Origin: an uncultured bacterium
Lineage (GTDB): Bacteria; Acidobacteriota; Thermoanaerobaculia; Multivoradales; JAHZIX01
Direction: 5' to 3'
Length of the DNA stretch: 64,000 nucleotides
Assembly: GCA_965368975.1 (NCBI GenBank)
Contig: CBDUPA010000003.1
Span: 256,001-320,000 of the forward strand
The notes under the pieces were generated by a model that was given only the letters and a program-made list of their open reading frames with translations, did no database searches and had not been told where the DNA came from. Made by a program: the position numbers and the translations under genes. Below are positions 1 through 9,608 of this stretch, piece after piece (the first letter of the stretch is position 1; the number at the start of each line of letters is the position of its first letter).

Positions 1-97
1 GGGGAAGTGGGTCGCAGTCCGAAGCCGCCACCGGGGAGGGTGGCTCCGGTGCCGGGGATACTTGAACACTCGAGGTTTGAAACTCGAAAGGTACGGT

Positions 98-988
98 ATG
101 GATCTTCGTAAGGAATATGACGCTCAGCGGCAGCGCGGAGCCGCCGCGGTGCGGGACGCTCGGCTGGGAGTTGCGCTCGACAGCTTTGAGCAGGCCGAGA
201 GTCTTGCGCAGCGGCTCAAGGACCCGGTCCTGATCGACCGCGCACGCTGCAACCGCTACGCCGTGGCCATTGAGCTGGGGCAGGCGGAAGGCGCCGTGCC
301 AGCGCTGGCTGCCATCCTGATGCGCAAGAAGGACGGAGAGAACAGTCGCTTGGCCGCCTATCATCTCGCCCGTCTCTACCAGGCGCGCAAGGAAATCCCG
401 CGAGCTCTGTTCTACGCGCGCCAAGCCGAAGAGCTGGCGCGCGACAGCCAGCGTCCCGAGTGGATTGCCATGAGTCACAACCAACTCGGCATGCTGCTGG
501 TGGCGGACAGCCGCTTCGAGCCCGCGCTGGAGCGGCTAGAAACAGCTCTGGCGCACGCCCCCGGCCCCTCAGTGCAGCGCGGCATCATCCTCGACAACAT
601 TGGCTATTGCCGCTTGCTCCTGGGCCGCTCGCGGGAGGGGTTCCGGGCTCTCTTCGCCAGCCTGCGCCTGCTCAACCGCCTGGGCGAGCGGTTCTACGAG
701 ATCGGTCCCCGCTTGAGCCTGTGCTTCGGCTACCTCGACCTGGGCCGCTACCACCGTGCGTTCCGCCACGGCCAGGTGGCGCTTCGTTTCGCGGAGCAAG
801 CGGAGGATCCCGAGAACCTCAAGGCGTCGCTCTTCTTGTTGGGTGAAGCCGCCAAGCTGACCGGCCGTGACCTCGTCGCCCGGCGCTACTTCTCGCGTCT
901 GCAGGAGAGCTTCTTCCCCAAGGACACCTATCTGACCGACCTGCTGATGCTGATCGACGCCCGGCAGATGATCAACCTCAAGGCCTGA
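98..988 (+). CDS. TPR-repeat protein, function unknown
   Basis: Helical TPR-like repeats (AAYHLARLY, SHNQLGMLL, ILDNIGYC, SLFLLGEAA). ATG at 98 preferred over the track TTG at 62. Confidence 0.75.
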   Translation: MDLRKEYDAQRQRGAAAVRDARLGVALDSFEQAESLAQRLKDPVLIDRARCNRYAVAIELGQAEGAVPALAAILMRKKDGENSRLAAYHLARLYQARKEIPRALFYARQAEELARDSQRPEWIAMSHNQLGMLLVADSRFEPALERLETALAHAPGPSVQRGIILDNIGYCRLLLGRSREGFRALFASLRLLNRLGERFYEIGPRLSLCFGYLDLGRYHRAFRHGQVALRFAEQAEDPENLKASLFLLGEAAKLTGRDLVARRYFSRLQESFFPKDTYLTDLLMLIDARQMINLKA

Positions 989-993
989 CCGTC

Positions 994-1028
994 ATGAAGA
1001 AGCCCGCCATGAAGAAGCCCGCCATGAA
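994..1028 (+). repeat. 15-bp tandem repeat (atgaagaagcccgcc x2 plus partial copy)
   Basis: Read directly; encodes MKKPA-MKKPA-MN and gives three alternative in-frame ATGs. Confidence 0.9.
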
Positions 1029-2508
1029 CAACGTCGTCTCTCGAAGCTTTCCGGCCACGGCAGCCACGGTCGTGTCGATGCTGGCCCTGATGTCGATTCT
1101 GGCCCTGGTGACGGTGGCCGTACCGGCCAGCGCCGCAGGCAATCCCGTGGTTGCGGGTGATGCACTGCTGGCAGATGACGGTACCGTCTACCGGATCTTG
1201 GGTGGACCCTACAGCGAGCTCTTCCCCGAAGGCACCGAGGGGTTTGGAGCCGCGCCGGTGCTGGCGCTCGACGTCGTGAGCGCGGACGGAGACACCCATC
1301 GCTGGCTGGTTCCGGGGACCGGGGACGACGATCTCGATGGTCTGCCCGTTGCCGTCTATCAAGCCGCCACCAATGGTTTGTATCTCTTCTGGCAGAGCCG
1401 TATCGGCACCGACGCTCACTTGCAGCTGATCGGCTTCGATGGCGATGGCTTCGGAGACCGGATCGCCATCCTCAGCGAGGGCCAGACGCCGCGAGCTGGT
1501 TCCGCCGGCCTGACGGTGACCAGTGATCGCGTTCCGTCGAGTAGCGTGCAGGGGGCCACGGTCCAGCGTTCGGTCGTGCACCTGGTGTGGTGGGCCGAAA
1601 CGTCGGAGTTGGGTGAGGGCGCCTACTATGCGCCGGTGGTGCTCGAAGACGGCGCCTACCTGGGCTGGCATCCGGTGTTGCCCTTGAACACCCTGCAGCC
1701 TGCCGGCCCCCCGGCCGAGAGTGCCGGTTCCGGCGCTACCAACGTGCTGCCGAGCAATCCCGTGGTGCAGCCCGGCCGCGACCGCTGGTCCGTCGTGCTC
1801 GCTTTCACCGATGCGGAACGGCGTGAGCTGGTGACCGCCGAGGCACGTCTGCTGCCCGGTGAGCTGGTCACCCTGGCGCGCGAGGCGGCGGCCTTCGTCG
1901 ACGAGACCGACCCTGGTGTCGGTGGCGTCGAGAGCTTGGCCGAGGGCATCGGCAGCCACTTGATCGAGATCGGCTTCTGGGCTCATCCGTCGCTGCGCGG
2001 GTACTTCGCCACCTCGGCGCGCGACCGCTTGCTCGATCTGGCGTACGACTGGAACGCTCCAGCCATTCCGCAAGACGCGCTGGGCGAGAAGATCGGCAGC
2101 CACTTGATCGAGATCGGTTCGCGCTACTTCGGCCGTGACGGCTTCATCGATTTCGATGGGACCGAACCCGTGCATTTGCTCACTCTGCGTCCGGACGGCC
2201 CCGGTGTTGCCGGTAGCCTCGAGGAGGAAGACCTCGGCTTGCTAGAGGACACCTCGGCGCTGCACCTGATCCGACTCTACGTCGTGTCCCGCCTGTCGCT
2301 GCCCGATGCCGAGAGCGGTGACGGAGCCAAGGTCTTCGTCGGTGGCAGTGGCGAGCAGAGCCTGATCAGCTGGGAAGAGGGTGACACCATCCACTACCGC
2401 GAGAGCCGCGGTGCTGGCTGGACGCCGTCGCTCTCGTTGTCTCTGACTCCGGGCCTCGACCGTGAGCAAGCCTACCGCTTGCTGTCGGAACGCGTACGAG
2501 AGCGCTGA
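994..2508 (+). CDS. secreted hypothetical protein
   Basis: 504-aa ORF 5 bp after the TPR gene. Hydrophobic signal peptide ending ASA-A, acidic mature region, duplicated IGSHLIEIG motif. Confidence 0.7.
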   Translation: MKKPAMKKPAMNNVVSRSFPATAATVVSMLALMSILALVTVAVPASAAGNPVVAGDALLADDGTVYRILGGPYSELFPEGTEGFGAAPVLALDVVSADGDTHRWLVPGTGDDDLDGLPVAVYQAATNGLYLFWQSRIGTDAHLQLIGFDGDGFGDRIAILSEGQTPRAGSAGLTVTSDRVPSSSVQGATVQRSVVHLVWWAETSELGEGAYYAPVVLEDGAYLGWHPVLPLNTLQPAGPPAESAGSGATNVLPSNPVVQPGRDRWSVVLAFTDAERRELVTAEARLLPGELVTLAREAAAFVDETDPGVGGVESLAEGIGSHLIEIGFWAHPSLRGYFATSARDRLLDLAYDWNAPAIPQDALGEKIGSHLIEIGSRYFGRDGFIDFDGTEPVHLLTLRPDGPGVAGSLEEEDLGLLEDTSALHLIRLYVVSRLSLPDAESGDGAKVFVGGSGEQSLISWEEGDTIHYRESRGAGWTPSLSLSLTPGLDREQAYRLLSERVRER

Positions 2509-2538
2509 CGCTCAGACTGGTTCGGCCGGTGCGGCCTG

Positions 2539-2547
2539 TGGCACAAT
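2539..2547 (+). promoter_or_regulatory. putative extended -10 (TG-G-CACAAT), 7 nt before ATG 2555, leaderless-type
   Basis: Motif and spacing read from sequence; no SD. Confidence 0.4.
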
Positions 2548-2554
2548 GCGGGCC

Positions 2555-4072
2555 ATGAACGCCAAGCCCTGTACCGCCTGCCCGACGACCTCGACCCCCG
2601 TTTCAATTGCCGTCTCGACCGGGCCGACTTCCCGGGTCGCACTCACTTTACTAGCAGTGACTGTGCTGACCCTGACGAGCTTGCTCACGGCCTGCGGCGG
2701 AGAGCCAGTCGGGACTCCGATCGCTGCGTCGGCTGCGGCTGCTACCGCTGCTGACGTGCGCGAGCGGGCGCTGCGCAGTGACGGAGCGTACGAACTGGTG
2801 TCGTCTCTGACCACCGAAGTCGGGCCGCGGCTCGCCGGCAGTGACGGCGATCGGCGTGCCGTGCAATGGGCCACCGACGCCTTCCGTCGACTCGGCTTCG
2901 ACGACGTGCAGCTGCAGCCTGTCCTGGTGCCGCAGTGGATCCGTGGCAGAGCGTCGGCTGAGATCGTCAGCCCCTACCCGCAGCCCATGGTGGTGGTTGC
3001 CCTCGGCGGTTCCGTTGCGACGCCGCCGGAAGGAATCGAGGCAGAGGTCCTGCGCTTGGAGAGCCTGGACGCCCTGGAGGTGACCGACGCTGCCGAGGTT
3101 ACGGGCAAGATCGTCTTTTTCGATGGCGGCTGGATGCCGCGGCGTCAGGATGGCGGCGGTTATGGGACGGCCGTGAAGCCGCGGGGGGAAGGCGCCGCCA
3201 AGGCGGCTGCCAAGGGAGCGGTGGCGGTGATCATTCGCTCGGCGGGGACGTCCGAGGACCGTATCGCCCACACCGGGACCAATCGCTACAGCGAGGACAG
3301 CCCACGGATTCCGGCGGCAGCGCTGTCGAATCCGGACGCCGACATGCTCAGCGAGCAGTTGTCGCGCGGTACTGTGACCTTCCGCCTACACCTGGATACC
3401 GAAGAGCGCGAGCCCGTCGAGTCGGCCAACGTGATCGCCGAGTTGCGCGGTCGGGAACTGCCAGACGAGATCGTGCTCCTGGGCGCCCACCTCGACTCAT
3501 GGGACCTCGGTACCGGGGCTCTCGACGACGGGGCTGGCTGCGCCATCGTCATGGAAGCTGCTCGTCTGATCAGCGAGCTGCCGCAGCGTCCACGCCGGAC
3601 CGTCCGGGTGGTCTTGTTCGCCAACGAGGAGTTTGGCCTCGACGGCGCCAAGACCTACACGCAGGAGCGTGAGGGTGAGCTGGCACAGCACGTCGCCGCC
3701 GTCGAAGCCGACTTCGGTGCCGGCCGGGTCTGGCGTTTCCGTTCGTGGGTCGACCCGCAAGCACTGCCCGCGGTCGAGGAAATCGCGAGTGTGCTAGAGC
3801 CCTTGGGTATCGAGTTCCTGGGCAACGAGGCGCGCGGCGGCGCTGATCTGAGCAAGATGTCCGATGCCCGTGTGCCGGTCTTCGATCTCAGTCAGGACGG
3901 CACGCACTACTTCGACGTCCACCACACGGTCAACGATACGATCCAGCGCGTCGATCGCGAAGACATCGCGCAGAACGCTGCCGCTTACGCGGTCTTCGCC
4001 TACATGGCGGCGGAAATGGATGTCGATTTTCGGCCTTCGCCGGTGCGGCCGCCGGACTCGTCGCGACGCTAG
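2555..4072 (+). CDS. M28 family metallopeptidase (carboxypeptidase Q-like, PA domain), probable lipoprotein
   Basis: GAHLDSWD, GALDDGAG, ANEEFGL, VEAD and YFDVHHT Zn-ligand motifs; lipobox LLTAC. Start 2555 chosen from an upstream extended -10; 2546 also possible. Confidence 0.9.
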   Translation: MNAKPCTACPTTSTPVSIAVSTGPTSRVALTLLAVTVLTLTSLLTACGGEPVGTPIAASAAAATAADVRERALRSDGAYELVSSLTTEVGPRLAGSDGDRRAVQWATDAFRRLGFDDVQLQPVLVPQWIRGRASAEIVSPYPQPMVVVALGGSVATPPEGIEAEVLRLESLDALEVTDAAEVTGKIVFFDGGWMPRRQDGGGYGTAVKPRGEGAAKAAAKGAVAVIIRSAGTSEDRIAHTGTNRYSEDSPRIPAAALSNPDADMLSEQLSRGTVTFRLHLDTEEREPVESANVIAELRGRELPDEIVLLGAHLDSWDLGTGALDDGAGCAIVMEAARLISELPQRPRRTVRVVLFANEEFGLDGAKTYTQEREGELAQHVAAVEADFGAGRVWRFRSWVDPQALPAVEEIASVLEPLGIEFLGNEARGGADLSKMSDARVPVFDLSQDGTHYFDVHHTVNDTIQRVDREDIAQNAAAYAVFAYMAAEMDVDFRPSPVRPPDSSRR

Positions 4073-4089
4073 CGCCCGATGGAGGCATC

Positions 4090-6480
4090 CTAGAGCGCAA
4101 TCGGCGCTGACAAGAGGGCGCCCGGAATGCCGAAGGCGTCGACCAGGGCGCCGGCTTGTGGCCGTAATTCGGAGCACAGGGCGTCCACCTGTTCACGAAG
4201 GGCCAGGGAGGTCGAGGGAGCCAGGTACTGCTGTTCCAGGAACCAGCCACGGTCGGCTTCCAGGCGAGCCACCGCGTAGAGGTGGGCGACGCGGTCGAGG
4301 GTCTCGAGCAGGCTGGCGTCTGTGCCGCGGTCGCGGAGGTCTTCAAGGGCGGCGTCGAACTGTTCCAGCACCAGGCGCTCGACATGCGCCTTGCTCAGCT
4401 CTAGCAACGCACCCTGGCATTCTAGGAAGGCGTCGAAGCTATCCATGCCACGCTTCAAGCGGCTGCTCAGCGCGCGTGCTGTCGCGATCAGCAGGTGCTG
4501 CTCGCGCCAGCGCAGAGTGGCCAGCTGGAAGCCGCGGCGGTCGCGCAGCTTGGCCGGGTCGGTTGTGCCGAGCAACGCCGGCACCTGGGCGTCGAGTTCG
4601 GTGCCCGCGAGGTCGGCCAGGTGTCGCACCAGGTCGAAGAAACTCAGGTTCTCGAAGCTCTTGCGGAAGGCGCTGAGCAGGCCCTTGGCGACCAGTTGCA
4701 GCAGCACAGTGTTGTCGCCCTCGAAGGTAGTGAAGATGTCGCTGTCGGCCTTGAGACTGGCGAAGCGGTTGATCGCCAAGTAGCCTTGACCACCGCAAGC
4801 CTCACGGCATTCCTGCACGGTGTCGGTCGCGTGCCAGGTGCTGTAGGCCTTGAGGCCGGCGGCCAGGGACTCGACCTCGCGGCGTGCGGCGTCGCGATCC
4901 TCGGTGTGCTCCGACGGTAGCTGACCGGGACTCTCGGCAGCGAAGGCCTGCGCGTGCTTGGCGGCCAGGTGACGCATGGCGTAGTGCAGAGCATAGGTGG
5001 TGGCCAGGCGCGGCAGCAGACGGTGCTGGTGGCTGCGGTAGTCGAGCAGCACGATCTCGGGTCCGCCCTCGGGACCGAACTGACGCCGCCGCAGGGCGTA
5101 GCGAACGGCAATGGTGAGCGCCGACTTGGCGACCGAGACGCCGGCGCAAGCCACCGCCACGCGGCCGCCCACTAGCGTTCCGAGCATGGTGAAGAAGCGC
5201 TTGCCCGGGCTTGGGATGGGGCTGCTGTACTCGCCGTCGGCGGACACCGCGCCGAAGCGGTCGAGCAGATTCTCGCGTGGCACGCGCACGCGCTGGAAGG
5301 TGAGGCGGCCGTTGTCGACGCCTTCGAGGCCGAGCTTGCGGCCACAATCCTCGATGGTCACGCCCGGCAGCGCCTGGCCGCGAGCGTCGCGGATCGGCAC
5401 CAGGAAAGCGTGGACGCCGTGCTCGTCGACACCACTGCCCTGGCGAGAGCCGCCGCTGCGCGGAATCTCCAACTGCGCGAAGACGGTCGCCAGTCGTCCG
5501 TGGGCGGCAGCGTTGCCGATGTAGTCCTTGCGTGCCTCGGGCGTCGGTGTGTGGATCTCGAAGACGCCGGCCTGCTTGAGGTAGCGGGCCCGGGTTTCGA
5601 CGTCCCGCACGTTGGAGCCGTGACCGGTTTCAGTCATGGCGAAGCAGCCGGGCAGGGCTAGAGCGGCGACATCGCGCAGGTAGCGGTGGTGATGGCGGTC
5701 GGTACCCAGTTGCAAGATGCTGCCGCCGAACAAGCCGAACTGCACGCCGAACTTGACCAGCAGGCTGAGGTCGCCGAAGGCCAAGGTTTCGAAGGTCGCG
5801 ACGAAGGCGCCGAGGTTGCCGCCGCCGCCATAGACTGGCGGATAGCTCTGGCCGCCGAAGCCGGCGTCGGCGAGCTTGTGACAGGCGTCGAGGACCCACT
5901 GCCGATAGGCGGGCCGCGGCAGCTCGGGGGCGCGCGCCAGGTTCTCGCGTTCAAGCAGGCCGAGCAGGCGGCGGCGCAGACCTCCGTGCGGTTCGGCGAG
6001 CACATGGGCCAGGTGTTCTGGCGAGAAGCTCGCGGTCGAGGGTGCTGTGCTCCCGTGAGTCTGGCCAGCACCACGACGCCCCAGCAGTCGCCGTGCCGCT
6101 TCTGGACCGACGACGCCGAGAGCCGCTTCGAGCTGCTGTAGCGCACGCATCTCGGCGTCCGATAGCGCCCGGTCGGAGGGGAGCAGACGCTGGCCCAGCT
6201 GGCTCAGGTCGAGGCGCTCCTCGGGGCTCAGCTCGGTGGCGCTGTCGCGAATACGGTGCAGGATGTCCTGGAGCTGCTGGGCCGACGGTGGCTGCTCGGG
6301 GTCGAGGAAGCCGGTCAGCAAGTCCGCGCACCTGTAGCCATCTGCGTCCGCTTCGACCTGTGCGCAGATGGTACGAATCTCGGCGATGCTCAGCGCACCG
6401 TCGGCCCAGGCGATGTGCAACATCGGCAGGTAGGGCAGCAGGCGTGGGTCACGCAGCGGATCTTCCAGGTTCGAACTCAT
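4090..6480 (-). CDS. acyl-CoA oxidase / acyl-CoA dehydrogenase with N-terminal helical (TerB-like) extension
   Basis: GCFAMTETGHGSNV, KLGLEGVDNG, CREACGGQGY, TTFEGDNTVLLQ. Confidence 0.9.
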   Translation of the reverse strand: MSSNLEDPLRDPRLLPYLPMLHIAWADGALSIAEIRTICAQVEADADGYRCADLLTGFLDPEQPPSAQQLQDILHRIRDSATELSPEERLDLSQLGQRLLPSDRALSDAEMRALQQLEAALGVVGPEAARRLLGRRGAGQTHGSTAPSTASFSPEHLAHVLAEPHGGLRRRLLGLLERENLARAPELPRPAYRQWVLDACHKLADAGFGGQSYPPVYGGGGNLGAFVATFETLAFGDLSLLVKFGVQFGLFGGSILQLGTDRHHHRYLRDVAALALPGCFAMTETGHGSNVRDVETRARYLKQAGVFEIHTPTPEARKDYIGNAAAHGRLATVFAQLEIPRSGGSRQGSGVDEHGVHAFLVPIRDARGQALPGVTIEDCGRKLGLEGVDNGRLTFQRVRVPRENLLDRFGAVSADGEYSSPIPSPGKRFFTMLGTLVGGRVAVACAGVSVAKSALTIAVRYALRRRQFGPEGGPEIVLLDYRSHQHRLLPRLATTYALHYAMRHLAAKHAQAFAAESPGQLPSEHTEDRDAARREVESLAAGLKAYSTWHATDTVQECREACGGQGYLAINRFASLKADSDIFTTFEGDNTVLLQLVAKGLLSAFRKSFENLSFFDLVRHLADLAGTELDAQVPALLGTTDPAKLRDRRGFQLATLRWREQHLLIATARALSSRLKRGMDSFDAFLECQGALLELSKAHVERLVLEQFDAALEDLRDRGTDASLLETLDRVAHLYAVARLEADRGWFLEQQYLAPSTSLALREQVDALCSELRPQAGALVDAFGIPGALLSAPIAL

Positions 6481-6505
6481 GTGGGCCTCCGATCAGCGGA
6501 ACGGG

Positions 6506-8236
6506 TCAGGTGGATGTGCTGCAAGGAGCGGTGGAGAGAGACTTGGCGTCGGCGGTCAGGCGGCGCGAGGCGTCTGGCGTCACCAACAAGATCAGTTGAT
6601 CGTGAGCGTGCAGCCGCGTCGGTCCGCGCGGGATCAGCATCGTATCGCCGTGCAACACGGCGACCACGGTTGCTCCCTCGACGCTACCGATGCTCTCGGC
6701 GACGGTCGAGCCATCGAGCGCGGAGTGCGGCTGCACATCGAGGCTCACTAACATGCCGATTCCTTCGGCGCTCACCGGCACCGGCTCGCCGTAGCGTAGC
6801 AAGTTGACCAGCCGTGGCAGCGTCAACTCACCAGCGTCGACGCGGCCGCCTTCCAGCACCTCGAGTGCCCTACGGACGAACACGCCGCGATGGGCGGGGG
6901 AGTCCTCGCGGTCTTCGACCTGAGATTCGTAGAGCGTGGGGTAGCGCCGACCGGTGGTCAAGGTCCGCTGGATCAAGAAAGCGAGGACGTTGGCCAGCAT
7001 GGCGGGGACAATCAAACCATAGCCGCCGGTCATCTCGGCGACCAGGATGAGCGTCGAGATCGGTGTGCGCGCGGCACCGGCGAAGACTGCTGCCATGCCG
7101 ACGACGATCAGCGCCGGTGCCGATGGCTCGCCCGGCAACCAAGGCCCCAGCCCTCCGGCGACTACCGCGCCGAGCATGGCGCCCAGGGTGATGGTCGGGG
7201 CGAAGACGCCGCCGGCACCTCCGGAGCCGATGGTCAGCACCATCGCCGGTCCCTTGGCCAGGAGGAGCAGCAGCAGCAAGGTCAACGGCAGTTGCCCGCT
7301 CAACGCCAGTTCGACCCAGCCGTAGCCCGTGCCCAGGAGCTCGGGCGCGGCCAGCGCCAGCAGTCCGACCAGCAGTCCCCCGAGGGCTGGGCGCAGCGAG
7401 CGCGGCAGCGGGACGCGCCTGAAGAGGTCTCTACCGTGGTAGAAGAGCGCTGGTAACAGGGCGCCCAAGGCGCCTGCCAGCAGGCCCAGGATGGCGAAGC
7501 CGAGCAGGTCCTCCGGTGCGAAGCCGAGGCCAGGCGGTACCGCGAAGATCGGCTCCCAACCGGCGAAGAGACCGTGCACGGCGTAGGCAGTGACCGCCGA
7601 GATGATGGTGTAGATCAAGGCTTCGGATTCGAAGACCATGCCGGCATAGAGGATCTCGACGGCGAAGATCGCCATTCCCAAGGGGGCCTGGAACATCGCC
7701 GCGAGCCCGGCCGACATGCCGGCGAGCAGGAGGATGCGGCGTTCCTCGCCGCGCAGCTTGAGGATGCGAGCGAGCATGGCGCCGACACCGACCGCGATCT
7801 GAGCTGTCGGACCCTCGCGCCCGGCGACGCCACCCGAGCCGAGCGTCAAGGCCGAGGCAATGGCTTTGACCACTGGTGTGCGGCTGCGCACGTCGGCGCC
7901 GCGCTGGTGGTAGGCGGCGACCGCGGCGTCGGTGCCGTGCCCCTCGGCCTCGGGCGCGAAGCGGAACACGAGCCAGCCCGAGAGCAGGCCACCCAGGGTC
8001 GTCACAACGGGCAACCACCAGCGCTGCGGCCAGCCGGGCACCACGTGTTCCGGAGTCAGCTCACCGGCGCCCGGTGGACGGTAGCCGCCGATACCCTCGA
8101 GAAGCAGCAGCTGCGCCCACTCGACCAACTGGTCGAAGAGCAAGGCCGCCAGCGCCCCCGCGACGCCGATCAAGCAGCAATAGCCGACCATGCGGTACGT
8201 CGGTGCGAACAGCGGCTTGGTGACGCGGTGGTCCAT
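6506..8236 (-). CDS. CLC-family chloride channel/antiporter with C-terminal TrkA_C (RCK_C) domain
   Basis: GHGTD, GREGP and GGVFAP signatures, multiple TM helices, C-terminal PRGPTRLHAHDQL. ATG 8236 preferred to 8464, which overlaps the divergent gene. Confidence 0.9.
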   Translation of the reverse strand: MDHRVTKPLFAPTYRMVGYCCLIGVAGALAALLFDQLVEWAQLLLLEGIGGYRPPGAGELTPEHVVPGWPQRWWLPVVTTLGGLLSGWLVFRFAPEAEGHGTDAAVAAYHQRGADVRSRTPVVKAIASALTLGSGGVAGREGPTAQIAVGVGAMLARILKLRGEERRILLLAGMSAGLAAMFQAPLGMAIFAVEILYAGMVFESEALIYTIISAVTAYAVHGLFAGWEPIFAVPPGLGFAPEDLLGFAILGLLAGALGALLPALFYHGRDLFRRVPLPRSLRPALGGLLVGLLALAAPELLGTGYGWVELALSGQLPLTLLLLLLLAKGPAMVLTIGSGGAGGVFAPTITLGAMLGAVVAGGLGPWLPGEPSAPALIVVGMAAVFAGAARTPISTLILVAEMTGGYGLIVPAMLANVLAFLIQRTLTTGRRYPTLYESQVEDREDSPAHRGVFVRRALEVLEGGRVDAGELTLPRLVNLLRYGEPVPVSAEGIGMLVSLDVQPHSALDGSTVAESIGSVEGATVVAVLHGDTMLIPRGPTRLHAHDQLILLVTPDASRRLTADAKSLSTAPCSTST

Positions 8237-8243
8237 TCCCCGA

Positions 8244-8252
8244 ACCCTAGCA
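8244..8252 (-). promoter_or_regulatory. putative extended -10 (TG-C-TAGGGT), 7 nt before CLC ATG, leaderless-type
   Basis: Reverse complement reads tgcTAGGGTtcggggaATG. Confidence 0.45.
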
Positions 8253-8311
8253 CTGCGCGCGGCCTGGCACCATGTAGGGCGACGCTGCGCGCCAGTGATG
8301 GACAGTCCGCG

Positions 8312-9595
8312 ATGGACACTCCACGATTGACACAGGACGGACAGTGGAGGACACTCGATTCTGTGAAGAACACGAATGCCGAAGCCGACTTCCAAGCTCT
8401 GCAGACCAGCTTCTGTGCTCATCTGGAGAGTGAGTTGCGCAGCCGTCTGGCGGAGAAGCGCCATCTCACCAGTGGCTATGCCCCGCAGGCACTGCCCTTG
8501 CTCGACGCGCTCGAAGACCTGGTTCTGGCACGCAGCAAGCGATTGCGGCCGGCACTGGTGTACTTCAGCTACAAGGCGTGCGGCGGGGAGAGTGAGGCCG
8601 CGGTGCTGCCGCTGGCGCTAGCAGCCGAGCTTCTGCACACCTACTTGCTGATCCACGACGACATCATGGACCGGGCACCGACCCGGCGGGGCCGACCCAG
8701 CGCGCACGCCCGCTTCGCCGCCGAGCACCGCCGCCATGGCTGGCGCGGAGACGCCGAACACTACGGCACGTCGATGGCGGTCTTGGTTGGTGATCTGGCA
8801 CACACCTGGGCCGACGAACTGGTCACGGGGGTGCAGGTCCCGGCGGTTGCCGCCCAGGCCAAGGAATCGCGGCGTGGCCGTGCCCTCGCGCGTCGGTCTT
8901 TGGTGGGCCGGTCCCGGGCGGGGAAGTCAAAGGAGTCGTCGGCGTCCGGCCTGGTGGCTCGACGGCATGCCTTGCACCACGTCTACTACCAGATGAGTCA
9001 CGAGGTGATCGATGGCCAGTATCTGGAGATGCATCTCGGGCTCGAACTGGGCGGCGAAGGCACAGCCAAGGACGATGTCCAGCTGCCGGACCAGGCGCTC
9101 CTGAATCGCGTCTTGCGTCTCAAGTCGGGCATGTACAGCGTCGAACGACCGATCGAGCTCGGGGCCTTGCTGGCGGGTGCTGGGGAGCATCGGCTATCGG
9201 CTCTGGCGCGCTATGGTCGGGCGGTGGGAGAGGCCTTCCAGTTGCAGGACGACGTTCTTGGCCTCTACGGCGATCCGGGAGCCACCGGCAAGCCAGTGGG
9301 GGGCGACCTGCGCGAGGGCAAGTACACCTTCTTGATCCACCACGCGTTGCAGCGCCTGCCGGCGGCGGATGGTCAGCGCTTGTTGCAGGCACTGGGGTGT
9401 GCCGACCTGGCGCCGGCACAGGCCGAAGAACTCGCGCAGCTGGTGCGGACTTGCGGTGGACTGGCAGCGGTCGAAGAGATGATCGACGATCGCTGTCGGC
9501 GGGCCGCGGAAGCGCTCGATGGGCTCGATTTCACGCCTGCCGGCAAGGCTTTTTTCCACGGTCTCATCGCCTACGTCGCCGGCCGAGATCACTAG
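8312..9595 (+). CDS. polyprenyl diphosphate synthase (GGPP synthase-like)
   Basis: SKRLRP, FARM HDDIMD..RRG, GDLAH, GQYLE, SARM FQLQDD, GDLREGK. Start 8312 (ATG) or 8363 (GTG); the track start 7574 is antisense to the CLC gene. Confidence 0.92.
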   Translation: MDTPRLTQDGQWRTLDSVKNTNAEADFQALQTSFCAHLESELRSRLAEKRHLTSGYAPQALPLLDALEDLVLARSKRLRPALVYFSYKACGGESEAAVLPLALAAELLHTYLLIHDDIMDRAPTRRGRPSAHARFAAEHRRHGWRGDAEHYGTSMAVLVGDLAHTWADELVTGVQVPAVAAQAKESRRGRALARRSLVGRSRAGKSKESSASGLVARRHALHHVYYQMSHEVIDGQYLEMHLGLELGGEGTAKDDVQLPDQALLNRVLRLKSGMYSVERPIELGALLAGAGEHRLSALARYGRAVGEAFQLQDDVLGLYGDPGATGKPVGGDLREGKYTFLIHHALQRLPAADGQRLLQALGCADLAPAQAEELAQLVRTCGGLAAVEEMIDDRCRRAAEALDGLDFTPAGKAFFHGLIAYVAGRDH

Positions 9596-9608
9596 GGCGG
9601 AGCGCGCC

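Noticed and set aside
6506-8236. CLC as a fluoride exporter (CLC-F)
   Set aside because: Has GHGTD/GREGP rather than GNNLI/GREGT, and no riboswitch is present.
7574-8311. N-terminal extension of the prenyl synthase ORF
   Set aside because: Antisense to the CLC gene; family similarity starts only after 8312.
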